Made by a program: the position numbers and the translations under genes. Shown piece by piece: positions 39,341 through 49,921 of a DNA stretch of 64,000 nt. A model generated the notes under the pieces. It searched no databases. It was not told the DNA's origin and saw only the letters and a list, made by a program, of their open reading frames with translations. Source of the DNA: an uncultured delta proteobacterium (lineage in GTDB: Bacteria > Desulfobacterota > Binatia > UBA9968). Numbering within the stretch: the first letter of the stretch is position 1; every line of letters begins with the position of its first letter. Where the stretch lies: assembly GCA_963760795.1 (NCBI GenBank), contig CAVXEP010000012.1, positions 320,001 to 384,000 of the forward strand, given 5' to 3'.

Positions 39341-39624
39341 TGCGCTACTTCGGCGGCATTGCAATAATTGACTTGACGCTTTTATTTAATTCCTCTGGTT
39401 AAAGTTACTTGAGCACAAATTATTTCGATTGTCATGCGAATTCTTAAACGCCGTGCAGAGCCGAGGCTGATGAACGCAGGTTTTTCGTCGCAAATCGTCG
39501 CCGACAACTTCCCCTTCGCTCAAGCAAACCATGATGGCGCTGCAAAACATTTCCTTCGCGTCTATGATAATTTTCGCCCGAGAATTAATTACCCGGGTAC
39601 TCAAAAGAAAATATCATCTGCAAA

Positions 39625-39642
39625 ATTGGACCTTGGTCCCAT
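39625..39642. promoter_or_regulatory. Palindromic operator copy 5 (ATTGGACCTTGGTCCCAT)
   Basis: One mismatch. Upstream of the DUF3300-2 operon. Confidence 0.72.
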
Positions 39643-39665
39643 CATCGGCCGGGCATAGAGAACGA

Positions 39666-40061
39666 CTATGTCTCTTCCGAGCCTGTCTTGAGAGCCGCGC
39701 GCAGTGTTTTGGCGAACAGTTCGTCATCGAACGGCTTGCGCAAAAAGGCCACGGCGCCCAACGCCAGCGCCCGCTCGCGCACGCCGACCTCGTCATGAGC
39801 GGTGATAAAGATGATCGGCAAAACATTTCCAGCTTGCGCGAGCCACGCCTGCACCTCCAAGCCGGTCATCCCCGGCATTTGCACATCGAGGATCGCACAA
39901 TCGGCTCGAAACGACGGAACGGTTTCTATAAGTTTTGTAAACTCTGCGCCCGAATTGAACGTTTCGGCGTTCATATCCAGCGAACGGACCAACCGCTGGA
40001 CGGCGCGACAGACGGATACATCGTCGTCCACGATCGCGATAAGAGGTTTGCGTTTGTCCAT
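39666..40061 (-). CDS. Single-domain response regulator (FixJ-associated receiver)
   Basis: IAIVDDD, ILDVQMPGMTG, IIFITAH and FLRKPF. Confidence 0.9.
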   Translation of the reverse strand: MDKRKPLIAIVDDDVSVCRAVQRLVRSLDMNAETFNSGAEFTKLIETVPSFRADCAILDVQMPGMTGLEVQAWLAQAGNVLPIIFITAHDEVGVRERALALGAVAFLRKPFDDELFAKTLRAALKTGSEET

Positions 40062-40153
40062 GAACCGTCGCTATCCAAAAACCATCACGAACGGTTTGAC
40101 TTCCGGGATGGGTCTCTGTGCGGCGAATCTATCGGAGCAAAAACAAACTGTAT

Positions 40154-40171
40154 ATTGGACCTTAGTCCAAC
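40154..40171. promoter_or_regulatory. Palindromic operator copy 6 (ATTGGACCTTAGTCCAAC)
   Basis: 93 bp upstream of the single-domain receiver gene, inside the two-component locus. Confidence 0.78.
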
Positions 40172-40244
40172 AGCAGGCTTGGGCAGGTGTACGACTTGGC
40201 GGTGCTCACGCGTGGCGAGCCGGCGATGGGAAATCAATCGATCG

Positions 40245-40370
40245 TAGCAACAACCCGGCATTTCGCGATCGGGGTATGGACCCCGCTCGCGACCAAAGGG
40301 GATGTTCAACCCCCTTCGGAAACCCCAGCCATTTTGTTCCGCAGCAAGCTGCGGAGAATATTAGATTAAA
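40245..40370. mobile_element. Hairpin-rich non-autonomous element, possibly IS200/IS605-derived
   Basis: Hairpins TCGCGATCGGGGT-ATGG-ACCCCGCTCGCGA and CCGCAGC-AA-GCTGCGG, ending in AGATTAAA. A related copy lies at 61306-61398. Confidence 0.5.
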
Positions 40371-40380
40371 TCGGCTGAGA

Positions 40381-40989
40381 CTATTTAGGCGGGAGCCCGA
40401 GCTTTTCCGCGAAGCGCACCAGATCCGCAACCGACGCGGCGCCCATCTTGGCCATGACCCTGGCACGGTGCACTTTAACGGTTTTTTCCACGGTGCCGAG
40501 CTCGTGGGCAATTTGCTTATTGAGCGATCCGGTCACCACCAGGGCCATCACTTCTCGCTCGCGTCGAGTCAGACTATCGAAGCACGCTTGCAGCTGTTTT
40601 ATTTCCGCCCAATCCTTGCTCTCGAGTGCCGCGCGCGCCAGCGCTTGATCGATGGCGCCGAGCAGCACTTTACTGTGCACCGGCTTGGGCAGAAAATCGA
40701 CGGCGCCGGCTTTCATGGCCCGGACGCTCATGGGAATATCGCCGTGCCCGGTGATGAAGATGATCGGGATCGGCATATTCGCCGCGCGCATGGCATTCTG
40801 AAGCTCCAGGCCGTTGAGGCCCGGCATGCGCACGTCGAGCACCAGGCAGGCGACGCCGGCGGTTTCCGGCGTGGACTCGATAAACTCATGCGCCGATGCG
40901 AAGGTCTTGATTTCGTAGCCCGCAGCGCGAATGAGCCGCGCCAGCGCTTTGCGCACCGAATTATCGTCATCGACCAAAAAGACCGTCAT
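40381..40989 (-). CDS. FixJ/NodW-family response regulator (REC + LuxR HTH)
   Basis: MTVFLVDDD, LDVRMPGLNGLELQ, FITGHGDIPMSVRAMKAGAVDFLPKP and LTRREREVM...NKQIA...TVKVHR. ATGA overlap with the kinase stop. Confidence 0.93.
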   Translation of the reverse strand: MTVFLVDDDNSVRKALARLIRAAGYEIKTFASAHEFIESTPETAGVACLVLDVRMPGLNGLELQNAMRAANMPIPIIFITGHGDIPMSVRAMKAGAVDFLPKPVHSKVLLGAIDQALARAALESKDWAEIKQLQACFDSLTRREREVMALVVTGSLNKQIAHELGTVEKTVKVHRARVMAKMGAASVADLVRFAEKLGLPPK

Positions 40990-43900
40990 GCCGGACTCGC
41001 GGGAATATTCGCAGCATCGGAAAATACCGGCAAAACCAGGTGAAATGTTGCGCCGCGATCTGGGTTGTTCTCCGCCCACAAGTGTCCGCCGTGGGCTTCA
41101 ACAATCGACCGGCTAATTGACAGTCCCATTCCCATCCCTTCATTCTTGGTGGTAAAGAATGGCTCAAAGATTCTGCCAAGCTTATCATGCGTCAACCCTA
41201 TGCCGCCGTCGCGCACGGATACCTCCACAAGGCCCGCGTCGTCACAGTGAACGCGCACGGATACGCGCCGCTCGTCGGTTCGACATTCTTTCATTGCGTC
41301 AAAAGCGTTGAGCAGTAGATTGAGCAGGACCTGTTGCAACTGTATCCGGTCACCACGGACGGATGGGACTTCGTCGCCGGGTTGGTAATCCACCTGGACG
41401 TTTCGCAAATCCGCGTCGCTGTGCACTAACGATAGGACATCGCGGATCACCGCCGGCAGATCCAAGCGCGCCAACGCGAGTTGTTCCTTCCTTACAAGCG
41501 CGCGGATTTTGCGAATGATTTCGGCAGCGCGATTGTTATCGTCGACGATGTCTTTGAGAATTTCGCGCACCTCGTCGAGGTTAAAAGCTGGGTTCATGAG
41601 AAATCTTTGCGCGGCCTGGGCGTTACTCAAGATAGCCGTGAGCGGCTGGTTCAACTCGTGCGCCAAAGAAGCTGTCAATTCACCCATCAGAGAAACGCGC
41701 GTGACGTGCGCCAAGTCCTCGCGCTGTCGCTGCAGTTCGGTTTCCATCAGCTTGCGCCTGGTAATGTCCGTCGACGCGCCCAAGACCTGATCCGCGACGC
41801 CATTTTTCCCGCCTATGGGCCGTTTTACGGTCTGCAACCAGCGAACCTTTCCCCGGGAATCAGTGATGCGCTCTTCCGGAATGAAGCGCTCTTGCAAGGT
41901 GTCGAGCACCTCCAGATCCATCCGATGGAAGAATTCGATCTCATCGGCCTGGGAATTGAAATCCGCGTGGGTTTTCCCGATCAAGGCCTCCACCGTCGTG
42001 CCGTAGGATTCGGCGACCGCTTGATTGACCAGCGTGAACCGTCCTTCGCGGTCTTTGGCAAAGATAAAGTTCGGAACAATGTCGATGACTTGGCGCAGAA
42101 AAGCACGCTCCTTCTCCAACGCCTCCTCGGATTGCCTACGCGCGCTGATATCGACGATCACCGTGAGCACGAAAAGACCGTCCTGGGTATGAATCGGATT
42201 CAAGCCGATCTCCACGAGAAATTCACCGCCGTCTTTACGCCTGGCAAATAAGTCCCGCCCCGCGCCCATGGCTCTCGTCTGCAGCGCCGCAACGAATGCA
42301 GCCCGATGAGGCGGGTGGCCGGCACTAAACCCCTCGGGCACAAGCATCTCCACCGATTGCCCTATCAGTTCATCGCGAGAGTAGCCAAACAGCTTTTCCG
42401 TCTGCTGATTGACGAGCACGATCCGACCGTGCTCGTTGACCATGACGTTGGCGTTCGGCGATGCCTCGACGGCCAGTCGGAATCTTTCCTCGCCGCGTTT
42501 GATCTCGCTGATATCGATGGCCGTGCCGATGTAGCCGAGAAAGGTGTCATCGGCTTCGAAACGCGGCACGCCATGATCGCGCACCCAGCAGTACTCTTCG
42601 TCATTTCTCCGCAAGCGGTATTCCATCGTAAACTCTTGCCGCGCGTTGAAAGCGTTAACGTAAGTTTCAAGACAGCGGTCGAAGTCTTCGCGGTGCACGC
42701 CTTTCGCCCAGCCGTTGCCGAGTTCCTCCACTAAGGTACGGCCGGTAAAGTCGAGCCAGCCTCGATTGAAAAAAGTGCGAAGCTTGTCAAGTCCCGACAT
42801 CCAGATCATGACGGGAGCCGTGTTCGCCATCGTGCGGAACCGTTCTTCGCTCTCGCGGATGGCCTGCTCGTGCCGTTTGCGCTCGGTAACGTCAATCATC
42901 AGGCCGCGAAGCTGTAATGGCTCGCCAGCCTTATGGTGACAACTGACGATGTCGTGTACCCAGACGACCTCCCCCGACAGTCTGATCATGCGATACTCGA
43001 AATCGAAGTCTTCAGCGATCTGGCTCATCGTCAAACGGGTGTCGATCGCCCGTTGCCGATCATCCGGGTGGATATGCGAGATCCAAAAATCTTTGCCGTA
43101 CCATTGTTCGAGCGGATAACCGAGCAGCTTGACCGCCTGTGGAGTGACATAGGTAAACGTCCAACTCTCCATATCGGCTTGCCAAAGAACGGCCGCCGTG
43201 GTTTCCACCAAGCGACGAAACTTCTCTTCGCTCTCGCGCAGCTCCTCTTCCATCTTCTTGCGCTCGGTGATGTCCAACACGGCACCCATCCGGCGCCCAC
43301 CACGGCCGGTGGGTAGGTTAACAGTCCCGGCTTTCGCCAATACCCAGCGCTCCCTGCCATCTGCAAGTTGAGCGCGAAACTCGCCTTCAAACAACGCGTT
43401 GGATTCCTGCGCGCGCTGCACATCGGCTATGACGCGGGCTCTGTCATGCGGATGAATACGGCCAACTAAGTCGCCCGCTGGGACGGTGTCATTCGGGCCA
43501 ATTCCTAACTGAGCGCGCAGCACCGAGTTGACCCAGACATCGTCGCCGCCTAGATCGCGCGACCACAAGCCCAACCGGCCCGCGCTGGCTGCCATCTCCA
43601 TCAATTCCTGGTTTTCCCGAAGCTCGTTTTCAGCCCGGCGCCGTCTGATTCGATTCAAGACCAAGCCGGTAATCAAACCGGCCTGCAGCAAGAACAGCGC
43701 TAGCGCTCCGATGATGTACCAGCGATATTGCTCCCACATCGATGGCGGACGGAAACGAATGATGCTGTTGGGCGGCAACCGGCTTTCGTTGATGCCCCAA
43801 CGTTGCAATGCTCGCCAATCGAATATCGGCACGCCTGCCGTGCGCAGTTCCAGTGACAATGACGCCGGCGCGAGCGCCGTCGAGAATCTGCTTTGCCATT

Positions 43901-44802
43901 GCCCCGGCTTGCTGTCCCAACGCCGTGAGGTGCACCATGGACCCACCCACGGCGCCGGTGCCTAACATCGCGTCGGTCATGACATAAACCGGGACATTGG
44001 CCGATTTTGCGATCGACTGCGCGGCCTGCACGGAATTAAACGGCCGGCCAGCCGCGTCACGGAACATTCGGGTGAACAAAATCGCCGTTTGCGGCGGCAA
44101 CGATCTAACGGCATTTGTGATTTCGCTCATCGGACGGTTAGTCCAAAAGTCGAATTCAATGCGACCGGTCAGGGAGCGTGCCGCCTGCCGCGCGCGGCCG
44201 ATGACATGAGTATCCACTTCCGCGGTTCCGCCGATCACAACAATGCGCCGCGTTTCCGGCTGCAAACCAAGCATCAACTCGATGGTGCCTTGCGGATCGG
44301 AGCGCTGCGCTACACCCGTGAGGTGGCCGCCGAGACTGCCGACTGGCACTGCCTCTTCGGTCAAACCGGCAACGACGACGGGAACCCCGGGAAACAGTTG
44401 CTCGAGCAACTTCGCCGTAATGGCCAGGTTACCGACGTAAATTAGAATGATGACATCGGGAGAATTGTCGGCATATTTCCCCCTTAGGTAGTCGCGGAAA
44501 AGCCGGCGAAAACTTTCGTCGGTGAAGCGGACGATATCGAGGTGTTCGGAGTAAAATTCGATCTGGCCTGCGCTAACTTGCCGCAGTGTTTCGAAGGCGG
44601 CTTGCTCGACGACTGAGAAGCCCGGCGCCGAGAACCGGTTTCCCGTAGAAATCATCAACACGCGTCTGGACCGCTCGGTATCGGCGCCGTTGGCGCTAAC
44701 GACCGAAGCGAGGACAACGATGCACAACGCAACGCACCACGCAAAACGTGACAGCGCTTGTTTCAGAACATGACTTCGACGGGTTGGGTTCACGGTCTCC
44801 AT
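40986..44802 (-). CDS. Membrane sensor histidine kinase: periplasmic ABC-binding-like domain, TM, five PAS domains, HisKA/HATPase; one frameshift at ~43872
   Basis: The N-terminal ORF (...QILDGA) joins the C-terminal ORF (APASLSLELR...FDWRALQRWGI) when one C is removed. H-box ASLAHELNQPL and G-box GMGMGLSISRSI. Confidence 0.88.
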
Positions 44803-44859
44803 GACTTTACGAACACACCCCGCGGGAATCAAGCGCTCAGGCCAATGGCCAAACCGGTT

Positions 44860-45268
44860 TTAGCAGAAGCCAAGGTTGGTTTCTTCCGCCAACCATTCGA
44901 TCGCCCGGCGTGACTCGCAGAAAGCCGCGACGTCAACTCCCAATTGCGACACCGGCAACGTTAGTTGGCGCAATCCATGGTATTGCTCTGGATGCGGCGT
45001 TGTCACCATGGCGAGTTTCAACTTGCCAACGGCAGTCCACGGAAAGCTGCTTAGCTCAGCCTTCAATTCGACAAGATCCTCGAGTCCGAGGTCGCAGGTA
45101 ATCTCCTGGAGATCGAGCAATACCTTGCAATCGCTGAGCGGGCTTAGTGAGTTCGCCAATCACCTGCATGAGCCGCAGGAATGCTTGCCGATCCATAAGT
45201 CCGCGGCCGACGATGTCTAGATAATTTCCATTATTTTGCCGGCAAAAAACATCGACCTGATAATTCAT
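44860..45268 (-). CDS. Small STAS/SpoIIAA-like hypothetical protein, frameshifted at ~45140
   Basis: MNYQVDVF...GELTKP joins LSDCKVLLDL...AAFCESRRAIEWL when one C of a CCC run is removed. Confidence 0.55.
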
Positions 45269-45359
45269 GCATAGCTTTTTAAATCCTAGAGGGCTGATTG
45301 TCTTGACTTTCCATGACACTCGATTGACAGCTGGGTCTCGATCAGGCAAAGCAAAGATC

Positions 45360-46385
45360 GTGGCTAAACTTCATGCGCCCCGACCGTTAATTTCCAGCAG
45401 CGTAACCACCGGCCTGCTCGATGCCATCGCCGCCGCGGGCGCCGATCCCGATCAGGTTCGCCAATCGATAGCGCTCGACTTCACCGCCTTGTCCGATGCC
45501 GAGGGGTTTATTGCTTGTGTGGATTTTGCTCGTTTACTGGAAGAAGTCGCGCAAGTGACCGGCGACGGATGCTTCGGGCTCCATTTCGGCGCGCGCAGCA
45601 ACCCCAAAAACATCGGTCCGCTCGTTTATGCGGTTCTCAACTCACCGACCATTGCGGCCGCCTGCGAAACCGCGGCGCGTTATCTCCATGTGCACAATCA
45701 AGCTTTAAAATTGTCTTTACATATCGATGATAACCTCGCGCATTTTTCTTACTCTTATTCCCACATCGGTTTGGAACAGCCGCGCCAGTTTAGTGAATTT
45801 ACCATGGCGAACATGCTGAACACTTTTAGAATGATGGCGGGCAGTCAATGGGCGCCGAGGGAAATTCAATTTGCCCACGATGCGCCGGTGTCGAACACGG
45901 AGCATCTTCGAGTTTTCGGGGCTCCGGTTATTTTTCGCTGCGCCAGCAATGCGCTGGTCATGGAACGCGAATTTCTCGATCGAACGGTTCCGTCTGCGGA
46001 TCATCGCTTATACGGAATAATGACCCACTATCTCGGCGAGGTGCTTAACAGAATGCCGACTGAGAACGGCGTCATTGCCGAGATCCGGAAGGCGATCGGC
46101 GAATCACTGAAAAACGGCACGCCAAAACTCGCTCTCGTGGCAAAATTAATTGCGCTGAGCCCGCGCACGTTACAGCGACGACTGGAAAAATACGGCCTCG
46201 ACTTTAAAAAGCTAGTAGACGATACGCGCCATCAGTTCGCGCTGGAATATTTAGGCGACCGTGAAAACACACTGACACAAATTGCTTTCCTGTTGGGCTA
46301 TTCGGAAGTGAGCGCGTTTAACCGGGCGTTTAAACGTTGGACCGGCTTCACACCATCGGACTCCCGCCGTAAGCAAACAAGCTGA
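45360..46385 (+). CDS. AraC-family regulator (OruR-like N-terminal ligand domain)
   Basis: FGLHFG...IGPLVYAVLNSPT and SPRTLQRRL...IAFLLGYSEVSAFNRAFKRWTG. Start uncertain (45267 or GTG 45360). Confidence 0.9.
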   Translation: MAKLHAPRPLISSSVTTGLLDAIAAAGADPDQVRQSIALDFTALSDAEGFIACVDFARLLEEVAQVTGDGCFGLHFGARSNPKNIGPLVYAVLNSPTIAAACETAARYLHVHNQALKLSLHIDDNLAHFSYSYSHIGLEQPRQFSEFTMANMLNTFRMMAGSQWAPREIQFAHDAPVSNTEHLRVFGAPVIFRCASNALVMEREFLDRTVPSADHRLYGIMTHYLGEVLNRMPTENGVIAEIRKAIGESLKNGTPKLALVAKLIALSPRTLQRRLEKYGLDFKKLVDDTRHQFALEYLGDRENTLTQIAFLLGYSEVSAFNRAFKRWTGFTPSDSRRKQTS

Positions 46386-47171
46386 ACGGAACCATCCTCA
46401 GTCAAGCAGTAACCGAGCAAACGCAGGTTAGCGAATCCAGCGCGCCTTTCGAGATCAAGGACGCAGCAGCCACTAGAGGTGCTTTAAGTTGCTGCGATTT
46501 GAGCACTTGTTCGTGGCCAAGATTTGGTCCACGCCTTGAACACTTTGGACGACTTGCATGGAGCGCCTATGCAAAGCGCCGCGCAGCGAAATTAACGGGC
46601 GGCGCGAGTTCGACCGTACCTCGATCCCGGATTCCGCCTGATTGAGAAAGCTCCGAAGAAAGTCGAGTTGTCAAAGTCTCACCCTAACGATTTCCCTGAC
46701 GCGGAAGCGCGCTTTGGTCAGGCGGTTTCGAACCCGTATCTTTGGATCGGGTCGCGGTACGTTCCAATATTGAAAATGCTGGGAGCTCCCGCCTGGTGGT
46801 CGATACGTCCTATCCTGAACTCATGGCCGAGCAATGGAATGTTGAGCGACGAACTAATAAGCAGCCGTTTGGACAGTCAGAGCAGGTACTCTCGCCTCGG
46901 TCTCACTACATAAAGTCGTTCTAGAAAGGTTTCAATACTTTTACCGATCTTAACCCTCTGACTACAACAACGTGACGGATATTCAGCAAACCATCATCGC
47001 ATAGACAAAATCGCACACTGAGGACCTGACGAAGCCGGGTAAGACCCTAATAATTCCTTTTGATGCCATAATTTTCGCATTATAATCAATATGTTACTTC
47101 CTCCCAGCGGCGCATTGGCACCCTCAACCAAATACCTCGGGGTGGCACAGTTGCTGCTTCTTCCCTCCCGG

Positions 47172-47630
47172 GTGAGCACCAGCAAGAAAATTCTTGTAGT
47201 CGAAGACAATGAGGATTGTCGAGAACTACAAGCCTGCGTCATCAGGCGCCTAGGATATCTGGTGATTGAGGCCGACAATGGAGCCGCAGCCATCGCTGAA
47301 GCACTCGCTGGGCACCCCGATCTCATCCTAATGGACCTCAATATGCCGAAAATGAATGGTGAGGAGGCAACCGAACAGCTAAAAAATCAGCCATCTACGA
47401 GAGATATACCAGTTATTATCTGTACGGCTTACGGTCCCGGTCCGAGAGTAGACCGAGCCCGCGATGCCGGCGCCGTAGAGATTTTGCACAAGCCGTTCAA
47501 ATTCTCCGAGCTGGAAATTCTGCTACGAAAGCATGTGCCAGACGACCCGAAGAACGAGGCAGAGGGCGGGCATCCGAGTTCGGCAGCGAACTGCACTGAA
47601 ACGTCGCAATTTCCTTTTCAAGTGCGGTAA
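47172..47630 (+). CDS. Single-domain response regulator (CheY/DivK-like)
   Basis: KKILVVEDN, PDLILMDLNMPKMNG, IPVIICTA and KPF. Start uncertain. Confidence 0.85.
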   Translation: MSTSKKILVVEDNEDCRELQACVIRRLGYLVIEADNGAAAIAEALAGHPDLILMDLNMPKMNGEEATEQLKNQPSTRDIPVIICTAYGPGPRVDRARDAGAVEILHKPFKFSELEILLRKHVPDDPKNEAEGGHPSSAANCTETSQFPFQVR

Positions 47631-47989
47631 TTGCAGCTGTCAACCAATAACGTCGCTTGATTGGACTCGGCATCGCTGTTTCAGGTCTAGTCACAATTGA
47701 TTTGCCTTCAAGAGATCCGCCCATCCGCGAAGAATTCGCGTCGCAAAGAAAAGTTGCTAGGTCATTCGCAATCACGCTCGCAGGAGATGATCAACTCGCG
47801 GCAAAGTGTAAAGGGACTGTTTTTTATTTACGCCTTTTTGAACAGCGGTATCACTTCCTCACCGGCTTTCAGTACATCCAAATAATCCGCCCAAGCAGGC
47901 TTCAGAATCGAGTAACATAGGTCGAATTAAAAGATTACCGCACAACGCGGAATGAATAAAATTCCCGTGAGTGAGTCTAAGGGGATTGT

Positions 47990-49921
47990 ATGAAGGTAGC
48001 GCTGAAACCAGAGACGTTTGTCGATTTTCCGACTGAAGCCGTCGAGACATCGATCCCTGAGCGGTTTGAGCAAATGGCCCGACTGTACCCCGATCGAATC
48101 GCGATAAGAACCAGGGATCGTGTGGTAACCTACGAGGCTCTTAACCACTCGGCGAATCGCATCGGTCGGGCAATCCTAGAGCAGATCGGCCCGGGCAGCG
48201 AACCCATAGCACTGTTATTTGGCAACGGCATCGACTTAATTGCCGCACTGCTTGGCGTCCTAAAAGCAGGAAAATTTTTTGTCGCGATTGATCCATCTTT
48301 TCCATCACCTCGCATAAATTTCATTGTCAATGACACTGAAACCCGACTCCTAGTCACTAACAGTGAAAACTCCGAGTTGTCGAAACGGTTCGGCGCTCCC
48401 GATGTTGCCCGGATGAACATCGATGAACTCAAGAATCGACACGGAGATAATAACCTCGGAGCGGTAATCCGCCCCGATGATATCGCAACGATTGTCTACA
48501 CCTCGGGATCAACCGGAGAGCCAAAAGGCGTCACCAAGCCTCATGGTTATTGTTGGGAGCGGGCCAAATTTAACATCAAATTCCTTTCTGTGGGTGCCAC
48601 TGATCGGCTGAGCCTGTTGCATTCTATCAGTTTTGGCAGCGGCGAAATAAATCTATATGCCTCGTTGTTAAGTGGCGCATCGCTTCAGCCCTTCGACGTT
48701 AAATCCGAAGGTGTCTATCGGTTGGCACAATGGCTTAGAGCCGAGAGCATTACGATTATTCATTGTTCTCCGAGTGTGCTGCGCGAACTTGTTGAATTTA
48801 TTCCCGAGTGCAATACGATGCCGAGTTTGCGACTGATTCACTTATCCGGGTCGCCGATAACTCGCTCCGATCTTGACCTATATAACAGACATTTTTCTCG
48901 ACTCACTTCTCTGGCATTCCATATGGGTGCGACCGAAGCTGGATGCATCGCTTGCGCGGTCGTAAACCATGATTTTTCTTTTCCGCCAAAAGGCACTCCA
49001 GCTGGTTTCCCCCCCGACAACAAAAAAGTTTTTTTGCTGGACGAGGACGGCCGCGAAGTCAGTCCCGGTGGTGTCGGTGAGATTGCTGTAAAGAGCAAAC
49101 ATCTCGCACAAGCTTACTGGAAAAATCCGGAACTAACCCGGGCAAAGTTTTTACCCGATCCGAATGGTGGCCAAGAGCGCACGTATCTGACCGGCGATTT
49201 GGGTCAGATTTTACCTGATGGACTTCTTGTCCATTTGGGTCGTAAGGATTTGATGGTCAAAATTCGTGGGTATCGTGTGGAGGTAGCAGAGATCGAGAGG
49301 AGATTGACACAGCACCCCGCAGTTAAGGATGCCGGGGTTACCGCATGGGAGCGCGACAACGGCGATAAGTACTTGGCAGCTTATATCGTCTCGCGTGGTC
49401 CGAATCACGCAACGATCGATCAGCTTCGGATGTTTCTCAGAGATATGCTACCAGGCTACATGGTCCCATCGACGTTTATGTTTTTGGACTCGCTACCGGT
49501 CACCAACGGCAAGCTCGATCGCAAGGCGTTACCTGAACCGAATGACAAGCGACCGGAGCTGAGTACAGCCTATGCTTTGCCGACAGATGAGATTGAAAAA
49601 ACTCTGGTGTCGATTTGGGAGAAAGTCCTTGATGTGCGTCCCGTAGGCATCCACGACAACTTCTTCGACCTCGGCGGTCACTCCCTTACCGCGACACAGG
49701 TGATCTCCCAAGTCATCAAGCAATTCCAATTAGAGCTGCCGCTTCAATCTTTATTTCAGTCGCCCACGGTCGCTAAGATGGCGGCGGTCATCACGCAGAA
49801 CCAAGCCAAGCGAGCAAGCGACGCAGAGCTACCGCAGATGCTGCGCGAGGTGGAGGCGATGACGGAGGAAGAAGCGCAGCGGCGCCTGGACGAAATTAGT
49901 TCGCCAATTGCCAAGCAGTAG
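47990..49921 (+). CDS. Stand-alone NRPS-like adenylation + carrier (A-T) protein
   Basis: YTSGSTGEPKG, YLTGDLG, GRKDLMVKIRGYRVE, NGKLDRKALP and the PCP motif DNFFDLGGHSL. Confidence 0.9.
   Translation: MKVALKPETFVDFPTEAVETSIPERFEQMARLYPDRIAIRTRDRVVTYEALNHSANRIGRAILEQIGPGSEPIALLFGNGIDLIAALLGVLKAGKFFVAIDPSFPSPRINFIVNDTETRLLVTNSENSELSKRFGAPDVARMNIDELKNRHGDNNLGAVIRPDDIATIVYTSGSTGEPKGVTKPHGYCWERAKFNIKFLSVGATDRLSLLHSISFGSGEINLYASLLSGASLQPFDVKSEGVYRLAQWLRAESITIIHCSPSVLRELVEFIPECNTMPSLRLIHLSGSPITRSDLDLYNRHFSRLTSLAFHMGATEAGCIACAVVNHDFSFPPKGTPAGFPPDNKKVFLLDEDGREVSPGGVGEIAVKSKHLAQAYWKNPELTRAKFLPDPNGGQERTYLTGDLGQILPDGLLVHLGRKDLMVKIRGYRVEVAEIERRLTQHPAVKDAGVTAWERDNGDKYLAAYIVSRGPNHATIDQLRMFLRDMLPGYMVPSTFMFLDSLPVTNGKLDRKALPEPNDKRPELSTAYALPTDEIEKTLVSIWEKVLDVRPVGIHDNFFDLGGHSLTATQVISQVIKQFQLELPLQSLFQSPTVAKMAAVITQNQAKRASDAELPQMLREVEAMTEEEAQRRLDEISSPIAKQ

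Noticed and set aside
3381-40171. Possibility that the repeated palindrome or the 9-bp arrays are CRISPR repeats
   Set aside because: Copies are kilobases apart or directly tandem without unique spacers, and no cas genes are present.
44130-44146. TCGGAC-GGTTA-GTCCAA resembling the operator
   Set aside because: 5-bp spacer and located inside the kinase CDS.
46400-47090. Short ORFs between the AraC and receiver genes
   Set aside because: No recognisable family, RBS or coding-like composition.
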